Source: Candidatus Parcubacteria bacterium (GTDB taxonomy: Bacteria; Patescibacteriota; Minisyncoccia; Minisyncoccales; JAGMDC01). Taken from it: a stretch of 64,000 bases of DNA. The stretch spans positions 8,957 through 72,956 of the forward strand of contig JAGLYZ010000001.1 in NCBI GenBank assembly GCA_023131895.1, written 5' to 3'. Under the pieces are notes generated by a model. The model was not told where the DNA came from. It worked only from the letters and a program-made list of their open reading frames with translations, and ran no database searches. The translations under genes were made by a program, and so were the position numbers. Shown piece by piece: positions 23,857-30,888 of this stretch. Each line of letters opens with the position of its first letter. Position 1 is the first letter of the stretch.

Positions 23857-23896
23857 GAGGTGGTAAACATTTTTTTTACCCCTCTCTTTTTATTTT
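23857..23896 (+). terminator. Rho-independent terminator closing the G+C-rich segment
   Basis: gaggtggtaaa / tttacccctc arms (one mismatch) followed by tctttttatttt. Confidence 0.65.
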
Positions 23897-23968
23897 AAAT
23901 GGGGTTGATTTTTCACCTATTTTATAGTAAAAAGAAATAAAGCATATAAACATTACGAATTAAAGTTT

Positions 23969-24000
23969 TGTTAAAATGTTAAAATGCTTAAATGTTAAAA
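23969..24000 (+). repeat. Tandem octamer array tgttaaaa x4 (third unit tgcttaaa) abutting the clpB start
   Basis: Units at 23969, 23977, 23985 and 23993, read directly. Confidence 0.85.
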
Positions 24001-24007
24001 TGATTTT
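23993..24007 (+). promoter_or_regulatory. Extended -10 (TGtTAAAAT), N6, then the ATG of clpB; leaderless-type start
   Basis: tgt 23993-23995, taaaat 23996-24001, spacer gatttt, ATG at 24008. It is the last unit of the tgttaaaa x4 array. Confidence 0.45.
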
Positions 24008-26707
24008 ATGATTGGCGCTAATTTTACACACAAAGCCCAAGAGGCAATATTATTGGCTCAAGATTCAGCAAGAGAAATGGGTCAGCAGCAGATAGATGCT
24101 CTTCATCTGCTTTTTGCTTTATGCTCGCAGGAAGACAGCGTAGTTTTAACTTTGCTTCAAAAAATAGGAGTTGACATAGATGGTTTAAAAAAGAAAACCA
24201 AAGGCGCTTTAAGCGGGATTTCCAGCATTGCTAATCCACAAGCATTTGGCCAGTTTTATTTGACCCAGGATATGGCAAAGGTTTTGGATAGGGCAAGGCA
24301 GGAGGCAGTAAAAATGAACGATGAGTTTATTTCTATAGAACATTTGTTTTTAGCCCTGATTGATGTCCCGACTAAAGCAAAAGAGATTTTAGAAAATGTT
24401 AATTTTATACCAGCGGCCGGAGGCGCGCCTGCTTTGGAATTCGGCAAATTAAGCTATCAAGAAGTTTTAAAACTTTTAAAGCAAATTAGAGGAGGCCAGA
24501 GAATTACTGACCCTGAACCAGAAACAAAATACCAGGTTTTAGAAAAATATGCCAGAAATTTAAACCAGTTGGCCCGCCAGGGCAAGCTTGATCCAGTAAT
24601 CGGCAGGGAAAATGAAATCAGGCGATTGATGCAGATTCTTTCCCGAAGGACAAAGAATAATCCGGTTTTAATCGGTGAGGCAGGCGTAGGCAAGACAGCT
24701 ATTGTTGAGGGTTTGGCTCAAAAAATTATTAGAAAAGATGTTCCAGAAAGCTTGAGGGGTAAAGAAATTATTTCTTTGGATTTAGGAAGTTTAATTGCCG
24801 GCACAAAGTATCGTGGAGAATTTGAGGACAGAATGAAGGCAATGATTAAAGAAATAAATCGCGCAGCAGGCCATTATATTTTATTTATTGATGAGCTTCA
24901 CACTTTAGTAGGGGCTGGAGCTGCTGAAGGAGCTATTGACGCTTCTAACTTGTTAAAACCATCCTTGGCCAAAGGCGAGCTTCGGGCAATTGGAGCCACT
25001 ACTTTAAAAGAATATCAGAAGTATATTGAAAGAGACGCTGCCTTGGAAAGGAGATTCCAGCCAATCTATGTATCAGAGCCGACAGTTGAAGACACTATTG
25101 CTATTTTGCGCGGCATTAAAGAAAAATACGAGCTTCATCACGGAGTCAAAATCAAGGATTCAGCTTTAGTAGCAGCAGCTGAGCTTTCTGCCCGCTATAT
25201 TTCAGACAGGTTCCTGCCTGACAAGGCAGTGGATTTAGTAGATGAGGCGACAAGCGCTCTCCGTCTGGAAATAGAGTCAGAGCCAACAGAATTTGATGAG
25301 TTCAGGAAAGAAATTCAGAAATTAGAAATTGAAAAACAGGCGTTGAATAAAGAGAAAGGAGCCGGGCTAAAAAGACGTTTAACAGTTATTAACCGCAAGT
25401 TAGCTGATTTGAATGAAAAAATAAAAGATATTGAAATGCGCTGGAAAACAGAGAAAGAATTAATTCAGGGAATTAGGGGCTTAAAAAAGGAAATTGATGA
25501 TTTAAATTTCCAAGCGGAAGTCAACCAGAGAGAAGGCAATCTTCAGAAAGTGGCAGAAATAAAATACGGCAGAGTTCCAGAGCTTCTGAAAGAAATAAGC
25601 AAAAAAGAGAAAGAGCTTACAATATTTCAAAGAAAAAAAGGAATGTTAAAACAAGAGGTTTCTGAAGAGGATGTTGCGCGAGTGGTTGCTAATTGGACTG
25701 GTATTTTGGTGACTCGGTTGATGGAAGAAGAAGCTAAGAAGCTGGAAAGAATGGAGGAAATTCTTTCTAAAAGAGTAGTTGGCCAGGAATCAGCCATTAA
25801 GGCTATTGCCAATGCTATCAGGCGTTCCCGCGCCGGAATTGCAGAAGAGAATCGGCCATTGGGTTCGTTTATGTTTTTGGGCCCGACTGGCGTTGGTAAA
25901 ACAGAGACAGCGCGGGCTTTGGCAGAGTTTCTTTTTAATGATGAAAATGCTTTAGTTCGCTTGGATATGTCTGAATATATGGAGAAACATACTGTTTCCA
26001 AGATTATTGGCGCGCCGCCAGGCTATGTTGGTTATGAGGAATCTGGCCAGCTGACAGAGAAAATAAGAAGAAGGCCTTACAGCGTGGTTTTATTAGATGA
26101 AGTTGAAAAAGCTCATCCCGAAGTTTTTAATATTCTGCTTCAAATTTTTGAAGACGGCCGTTTGACAGACGCCAAAGGCAGAAAAGTTTCTTTTAAAAAC
26201 ACTATTTTAATTATGACTTCAAATATTGGTTCAGAAGAGATTGCTGAAATAGGCGATATAAATTCAATAGGTTTTTTAGAAAAAAAAGAAGAAGTAAGCC
26301 AATCTTTGAAAGACAAAGTTATGCCTGCTTTGAAAGACAGTTTTAGGCCTGAATTTTTGAATAGAATTGATGAAATTATTATTTTTAATTATTTGGGCAA
26401 AAAAGAAATCAAAAAAATAGTAGAAATTGAATTAGGAAAAGTTGTTAACCGCTTAAAGAGCAAGAAAATTACTTTAAATGTTACCTCTAAGGCAAAAGAA
26501 TTTTTAGCAGAAAAAGGTTTTGATCCTAATTTAGGGGCAAGGCCATTGAAGAGAGTGATTCAAAAACTTGTTTTAGATCCTTTGGCTTTGAAAATAGTTG
26601 TTGGTTTATTAAAAGAAGGGGAAAGGATTACCGCTGATTTGAAAGATGGAAAAATTGTTTTAAACGGCGTTCAAGAAATTCGGAAAAAAATAAAAGCTTT
26701 AGCTTAA
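24008..26707 (+). CDS. clpB: ATP-dependent chaperone ClpB (AAA+ disaggregase)
   Basis: Clp_N repeats, Walker A motifs GEAGVGKT and GPTGVGKT, a long coiled-coil M-domain between the NBDs, and no ClpP-binding IGF loop noticed. 899 aa. Confidence 0.92.
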   Translation: MIGANFTHKAQEAILLAQDSAREMGQQQIDALHLLFALCSQEDSVVLTLLQKIGVDIDGLKKKTKGALSGISSIANPQAFGQFYLTQDMAKVLDRARQEAVKMNDEFISIEHLFLALIDVPTKAKEILENVNFIPAAGGAPALEFGKLSYQEVLKLLKQIRGGQRITDPEPETKYQVLEKYARNLNQLARQGKLDPVIGRENEIRRLMQILSRRTKNNPVLIGEAGVGKTAIVEGLAQKIIRKDVPESLRGKEIISLDLGSLIAGTKYRGEFEDRMKAMIKEINRAAGHYILFIDELHTLVGAGAAEGAIDASNLLKPSLAKGELRAIGATTLKEYQKYIERDAALERRFQPIYVSEPTVEDTIAILRGIKEKYELHHGVKIKDSALVAAAELSARYISDRFLPDKAVDLVDEATSALRLEIESEPTEFDEFRKEIQKLEIEKQALNKEKGAGLKRRLTVINRKLADLNEKIKDIEMRWKTEKELIQGIRGLKKEIDDLNFQAEVNQREGNLQKVAEIKYGRVPELLKEISKKEKELTIFQRKKGMLKQEVSEEDVARVVANWTGILVTRLMEEEAKKLERMEEILSKRVVGQESAIKAIANAIRRSRAGIAEENRPLGSFMFLGPTGVGKTETARALAEFLFNDENALVRLDMSEYMEKHTVSKIIGAPPGYVGYEESGQLTEKIRRRPYSVVLLDEVEKAHPEVFNILLQIFEDGRLTDAKGRKVSFKNTILIMTSNIGSEEIAEIGDINSIGFLEKKEEVSQSLKDKVMPALKDSFRPEFLNRIDEIIIFNYLGKKEIKKIVEIELGKVVNRLKSKKITLNVTSKAKEFLAEKGFDPNLGARPLKRVIQKLVLDPLALKIVVGLLKEGERITADLKDGKIVLNGVQEIRKKIKALA

Positions 26708-26710
26708 ATT

Positions 26711-27427
26711 ATGCCTAAATTAGCATTTCAAATAATAGTCATTTTTATAATCGGAACAATAGGCGGTATTTTTGCTGACCAGATTCTTTGGCCTTATTTT
26801 ATAGAAAGGCCTCTTTTTTTAGAATACCGATTGGACCAGCCGCCTGTTTATATCAATGAAATAAGAGAAACTATTATCCAAGAAAATACTGCCTTGGAAA
26901 ATGCAGTAGAAAAAGTGGAGAAAACAGTTATAGGGATAAAAACAATTAAAAAAACAGGGAAAATTTTATACGGCTCTGGTTTAATTTATACTTCTGACGG
27001 CATAGCAGTTTCTTTAGCCGAACTTGTGCCTCAGGGCTCAACATTTAATTTCTACATTAAAGATGGCTCTGATTTCAAAAAAGTTAACGGCAAGGTTGTA
27101 AAAAGAGATTTAAAAAATAATTTAGCGCAGATAAAGCTTGAAGCAGCAGATTTAGCCACCACTGGCTTTAATGGTTTTGAAAAGCTTAAATTAGGTGAAA
27201 GAGTTTTTCTTATAGGAGCAGAATTCCCAAAAACTTTTGTTAATCAAGGTATTATAAGCAGTTTTAGCCAGGATTTGATTGAGACAAATATTTTTGAAAA
27301 AAACAATGTCTTAGGCAGCCCATTATTTGATATTGAGGGCAATGTTTTGGGCTTAAACACAACTGACTCAGATGACAGGATTGTAACCATCCCAGTACTT
27401 AAAATCAAAACCTTCCTCGGATTTTAA
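26711..27427 (+). CDS. Membrane-anchored trypsin/HtrA-like domain protein with degenerate catalytic motifs (probable pseudo-protease)
   Basis: Aligns by eye to the HtrA protease core (GSGLIYTSDG..., DLAQIKL, LGSPLFDIEGNVLGLNT). The TNxHV His context is replaced (VSLAELV) and GNSGGP is replaced by VLGSPL. It starts 4 nt after the clpB stop. Confidence 0.5.
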   Translation: MPKLAFQIIVIFIIGTIGGIFADQILWPYFIERPLFLEYRLDQPPVYINEIRETIIQENTALENAVEKVEKTVIGIKTIKKTGKILYGSGLIYTSDGIAVSLAELVPQGSTFNFYIKDGSDFKKVNGKVVKRDLKNNLAQIKLEAADLATTGFNGFEKLKLGERVFLIGAEFPKTFVNQGIISSFSQDLIETNIFEKNNVLGSPLFDIEGNVLGLNTTDSDDRIVTIPVLKIKTFLGF

Positions 27428-27434
27428 AAAGATT

Positions 27435-27482
27435 TTACAATCTATTGAGATTACAATCTATTGAGGCTGAATTTCAATAGAC
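27435..27482 (+). promoter_or_regulatory. Operator-like repeats upstream of the MTase fusion: ttacaatctattgag x2 in tandem plus an inverted half-site
   Basis: Direct copies at 27435-27449 and 27451-27465. ctattga (27443 and 27459) is complementary to tcaatag (27474-27480). Confidence 0.6.
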
Positions 27483-27503
27483 TTCATAAAATTATAAATA
27501 ACA

Positions 27504-28703
27504 ATGGAAAACAAGCTTTGGAAAACCAATAAACTTATTTGTGGGGATAATTTAGAGGAGTTAGCTAAACTTCCTAAAGAGAATGTGGATTTAATTTACA
27601 TTGACCCACCATTTTTTACCCACAAACAATATGAGGTTGTCTGGGGTGATGAAGCAGAAGTTAGAAGTTATAGGGATAGATGGGAGGGCGGAGTAGAACA
27701 TTACATTGGTTGGTTAAAACCGAGAGTTCAAGCGATGTATGAAATACTGAAACCTACTGGTTCTTTTTATATTCACTGCGACTGGCACGCTAATGCTCAT
27801 ATAAGAATTATGTTAGATGAAATTTTTGGGCCAGAGAATTTTCAAAATGAGATAGTTTGGGCTTATAGAATTCAAGGTGTTGGTAAAAAAAGATGGGCAA
27901 GGAAACACGATAGCATTTTTTTCTACTCAAAAACAAAAAATTATATTTTTAATCCACAAAAAGAGAGATTGCGATATAAAAAATCATTTTATGATGCAAA
28001 AAAGGACAAAGAAGGATATTATAGAGATGTTTATATAAGAGATATTTGGGACGATATTAACGCTTTAATAAGTATATCAAAAGAGTTAGAAGGTTATCCT
28101 ACCCAAAAACCAGAGGCACTTTTAGAGAGAATAATAAAAGCGTCTTCAAATAAAAGCGATATAGTGTTAGATGCTTTTTGTGGTTGTGGGACAACAATGG
28201 CTGCAGCTCAAAAATTAGGTAGAAGATGGATAGGGATAGATATATCACCGACAGCCATTAAAATAATAGAACGCAGGCTAAAAAAGAATTTAAAAACAAT
28301 AGAGGGTATCAATTACGAGGTGATTGGTATGCCCACTACGGTAGAGGAAGTGAAAAAGTTAGAGCCTTTTGAATTTCAAAACTGGGTAGTGATAGATAAA
28401 ATGAGAGCCAATGCAAGCAGAAAAAAGGTAGGAGATATGGGGTTAGATGGTTATTATCCTGAAAGCATTTTAACCAAATCAGCAGGAATACAAGTAAAAC
28501 AATCTGATGGAGTGGGACGTAATATTGTAGATAATTTTGAAACTGCACTTAAAAGAGCGGATTATAAAAAAGGTTATATCGTAGCTTTTAGTTTTAGCAA
28601 GGGTGCTTATGAAGAAGTAGCACGGATTAAAAACAAAGAAGGATTAGAAATAAAATTGATTACAGTCAAGGATTTATTGGAAAAGAAAAAACCAATAATT
28701 TAG
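27504..28703 (+). CDS. Beta-class N6-adenine (or N4-cytosine) DNA methyltransferase fused to a C-terminal Mrr-cat/PD-(D/E)xK nuclease-like domain
   Basis: Motif IV DLIYIDPPF precedes motif I DAFCGCGTT, which is the beta-class order. The C-terminal ~120 aa (FEFQNWVV...GDMGLDGYY...GIQVKQSDG...GYIVAFSFSKGA) fits the restriction-endonuclease (Mrr_cat) pattern. Confidence 0.8.
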   Translation: MENKLWKTNKLICGDNLEELAKLPKENVDLIYIDPPFFTHKQYEVVWGDEAEVRSYRDRWEGGVEHYIGWLKPRVQAMYEILKPTGSFYIHCDWHANAHIRIMLDEIFGPENFQNEIVWAYRIQGVGKKRWARKHDSIFFYSKTKNYIFNPQKERLRYKKSFYDAKKDKEGYYRDVYIRDIWDDINALISISKELEGYPTQKPEALLERIIKASSNKSDIVLDAFCGCGTTMAAAQKLGRRWIGIDISPTAIKIIERRLKKNLKTIEGINYEVIGMPTTVEEVKKLEPFEFQNWVVIDKMRANASRKKVGDMGLDGYYPESILTKSAGIQVKQSDGVGRNIVDNFETALKRADYKKGYIVAFSFSKGAYEEVARIKNKEGLEIKLITVKDLLEKKKPII

Positions 28704-28903
28704 TAAGTATTTACCGATTTAAACCAAAAAAACCTTAATAAATTAGCGGTGTAATATTTTCCTTGATTTTTCGTCTTCTCTATAAGAAGCATCATTTGTT
28801 ATTGTTGTAAAATATGTTGTTATCATAAAATAAAAAAATCAAAATTTGCTTCCCATTTTGAAAACGAGGCATCAAGAGGAATAACCACTTGGTGCTTCAA
28901 GAG

Positions 28904-29248
28904 ATGGTAAATAACATATTTACCTCTTGGTGTTTCGTTTTCAGGCTGGGATTTTTTGTTAGCTTATTGATATTTTTATTTGGGGCGGTTGCAGAGGGAA
29001 AGTTAGCACCAAGAAAATTGATAATCAGAATTAATGAACTACCTTCTCAAATATGTTTTGCGAAAGATAAATTTATCTTTTGTAATTGGGTTCATCACCC
29101 AAACAAAATTGGATATGCTATTATTAGTAAATTTGGCAAATGGCTTCGTTTCGAGGCCACAACAGAAAAGATCGAAAACCTAATTAATGAGACAAAAAAA
29201 GAATCTCCAACCATAAAGGTTGAAGATTCTAAAACCATTAGTTATTAA
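28904..29248 (+). CDS. Hypothetical membrane-anchored protein
   Basis: ORF with one N-terminal TM (CFVFRLGFFVSLLIFLFGAV). No recognisable family. The start is ambiguous (TTG at 28889 or ATG at 28904). Confidence 0.35.
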   Translation: MVNNIFTSWCFVFRLGFFVSLLIFLFGAVAEGKLAPRKLIIRINELPSQICFAKDKFIFCNWVHHPNKIGYAIISKFGKWLRFEATTEKIENLINETKKESPTIKVEDSKTISY

Positions 29249-29361
29249 GTTAATTTAATTCAGTGCTAAAAGAACTTGCTGTAACTGCCCAAATAGACAC
29301 TGCAATTGTCCCAAATGAGAATATCTCTATTTTTATTATACCACCTTATTAAGATTTAACC

Positions 29362-29370
29362 TGTGGATAA
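29362..29370 (-). promoter_or_regulatory. Perfect DnaA-box 9-mer (minus orientation), within the 12-mer ctgtggataact
   Basis: Read at 29361-29372, intergenic. Confidence 0.4.
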
Positions 29371-29477
29371 CTTTTATCATGCCGATTATTAGTTGTCAAT
29401 GTTTTTTATTTTTTAATGAGTATCTCTATAATTAAATTATTAAAGGTCGATGGGATTAAATATAATTTTTAAATAAT

Positions 29478-29714
29478 ATGAGTTGTGAAAAATATATTCC
29501 AATTATGAGCAAAATAATGAATAAATGTATAAATTGTGGTGGACAGGAATGTGATGTTAGAAAGATGCCATTTATACTGTTTGCTCTTGATGATGAAACA
29601 AATGCGGTCAAAATGGGAGAAGGAGACAATGTTGTTGCGGTAATTTGTCGTGATTGCGGTTATATACACTTATTCAGCAAAAAATTTCTTGATGAAAAAC
29701 TAAAAACAGAATAG
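29478..29714 (+). CDS. Small zinc-ribbon protein
   Basis: CINCGG ... CRDCGY (CxxC-N43-CxxC). 78 aa. Internal alternative starts are possible. Confidence 0.45.
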   Translation: MSCEKYIPIMSKIMNKCINCGGQECDVRKMPFILFALDDETNAVKMGEGDNVVAVICRDCGYIHLFSKKFLDEKLKTE

Positions 29715-29874
29715 TTTTTTAATTATCAAGTTTAAAATTGTTGACCAACTAACTTTGCAGATAGAGTTATGGGTGTTGTATATATATAATTTCATATGAT
29801 ATATTTAAAATAATGGGGGCAGGAGGTCAAGAAAGGTTGATGCCCCCAATTATTCCACAAAGGAGGCAAATCAG

Positions 29875-29925
29875 ATGGAACACATTATTCTGATTTTGAT
29901 ACTCATCTACCTTTTAAAACAATGA
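29875..29925 (+). CDS. 16-aa hydrophobic mini-ORF (MEHIILILILIYLLKQ), type I toxin-like or small membrane peptide candidate
   Basis: AGGAGG at 29861-29866 lies 8 nt upstream of the ATG. A 7-bp hairpin (gggggca/tgccccc, 29815-29847) precedes it, and a UACG-tetraloop terminator follows at 29937-29962. Confidence 0.35.
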   Translation: MEHIILILILIYLLKQ

Positions 29926-29936
29926 GTATTACCAAG

Positions 29937-29962
29937 AAGCCCTACGGGGCTTTTTGGTTTTT
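29937..29962 (+). terminator. Rho-independent terminator after the 16-aa mini-ORF
   Basis: aagccc-tacg-gggctt (a UACG, UNCG-type tetraloop) followed by tttttggttttt. Confidence 0.65.
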
Positions 29963-30008
29963 ATAAAACTTTACTTGTTATAATGGTATATATGCCTTTT
30001 TAAAAGTA

Positions 30009-30036
30009 TTGACAGGTTTGGGTAAATAAGTAATAT
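30009..30036 (+). promoter_or_regulatory. Sigma-70-like promoter TTGACA-N16-TAATAT upstream of the 30082 ORF
   Basis: ttgaca 30009-30014 and taatat 30031-30036. AGGAGG at 30069-30074 follows. Confidence 0.55.
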
Positions 30037-30081
30037 CAAAGTTAGCACAAATCAGTACAAAATAAAAAAGGAGGTATAAAA

Positions 30082-30669
30082 ATGTCTGTAAAAGAAGAAT
30101 GGTTGAAGCCAGGATTGAGAGTTTTAACCCCTGATGGACCAGGAATAATCAAATCTTCAAGAGTTAACGGAGTTTGCAGGGTTAAATTAGACGACCCTGT
30201 AGCAAGAGAAAAGATAAGTGTTTTTCAAAGAGGAGAAGTAGTGGTTGAGAGCGACTTTACATTGGTTAGGTTGGTAAACCTTGGCTTTCTGGATTATTAT
30301 TTAATCAGTAGCGCTCAGAATTACCCAACCTGGGAAGAGTGTTTAGAGGCCTTAAAGCAGCCATTTAGTCAAGACGAGATTTTGATAGCTCTTAATTTCG
30401 AGAAAAAAGAGTTTAGAACCAACCGTTTATTGCCGCAAACAGAAAAGTATAATCTCATTCAGTGCTATTTCGATGTCCATCAACGCATGGAAGCTAAATT
30501 TTACGATTTTGTAGAAGAAGCAAAAAAGGCCTGGGAAAGAGTTAATAGATTAGATGGAATTACTAATTATATCCTTCTCTGCTGTATAATAGACCTGGAA
30601 ACTTCCCAGATCTTATCCAGAGCTCTTTTCTCAAGAATGAAAGTAATAGCCAAAGAAACTTACTGGTAA
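30082..30669 (+). CDS. Hypothetical protein (195 aa), N-terminal SH3/KOW-like beta segment
   Basis: Strong promoter-like TTGACA-N16-TAATAT (30009-30036) and AGGAGG (30069-30074) upstream. No family recognised. Confidence 0.6.
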   Translation: MSVKEEWLKPGLRVLTPDGPGIIKSSRVNGVCRVKLDDPVAREKISVFQRGEVVVESDFTLVRLVNLGFLDYYLISSAQNYPTWEECLEALKQPFSQDEILIALNFEKKEFRTNRLLPQTEKYNLIQCYFDVHQRMEAKFYDFVEEAKKAWERVNRLDGITNYILLCCIIDLETSQILSRALFSRMKVIAKETYW

Positions 30670-30769
30670 AAAACTCTTGCGAAAACTTGCGAAAAAAATA
30701 AAATCTCACAAAGGGCAATATAGTATTTACTTGAGCCCTATTTTTTTATTAAAAAAGTTAATTTATTAG

Positions 30770-30778
30770 TTATCCACA
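30770..30778 (+). promoter_or_regulatory. Perfect DnaA-box 9-mer (plus orientation), within the 12-mer agttatccacag
   Basis: Read at 30768-30779, intergenic. It is the exact reverse complement of the 12-mer at 29361-29372. Confidence 0.4.
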
Positions 30779-30888
30779 GTTGACTAAAAATGAGGTTTTC
30801 CTATTATATAAACAAGGATTTGTTCCTTTTTTTATTTTCTGGTATAGTGATTGTATAGAAAATCTTTTAAGGAGGAAAGCTTTTAATT

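Noticed and set aside
23230-23896. Identification as tmRNA, RNase P RNA, SRP RNA or a known riboswitch
   Set aside because: I looked for hallmark strings: a tRNA-like GGTTCGA T-arm and a terminal CCA context, GAGGAAAGTCC with ACAGAA..GGCTTA for RNase P, the GGAA-tetraloop helix-8 motif with AGCAGC for SRP, and common riboswitch cores. Only loose partial resemblances appeared (ccacagagaactagggtta; caccggaaggtagc). The segment is therefore left unclassified.
25627-26001. Antisense or alternative-frame ORFs inside long genes (e.g. 607..858-, 3239..3553-, 15756..16013+, 21310..21612-, 25627..26001-, 34378..34731-, 35713..36099-, 52590..52913-, 57805..58143-)
   Set aside because: They lie entirely within well-supported genes with recognisable domains, have no start signals and have low-complexity or repetitive translations. 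They are treated as shadow ORFs.
29813-29893. 26-codon ORF (MGAGGQERLMPPIIPQRRQIRWNTLF) overlapping the hairpin upstream of the mini-ORF
   Set aside because: It has no SD or promoter spacing of its own, and it runs through the hairpin and the SD of the better-supported 16-aa ORF. It is considered fortuitous.
23198-30778. Calling the DnaA-box cluster a chromosomal origin (oriC)
   Set aside because: There is no dnaA, dnaN or other origin-linked gene. The boxes are kilobases apart rather than clustered within a few hundred bp. No adjacent AT-rich 13-mer-type unwinding element was recognised.
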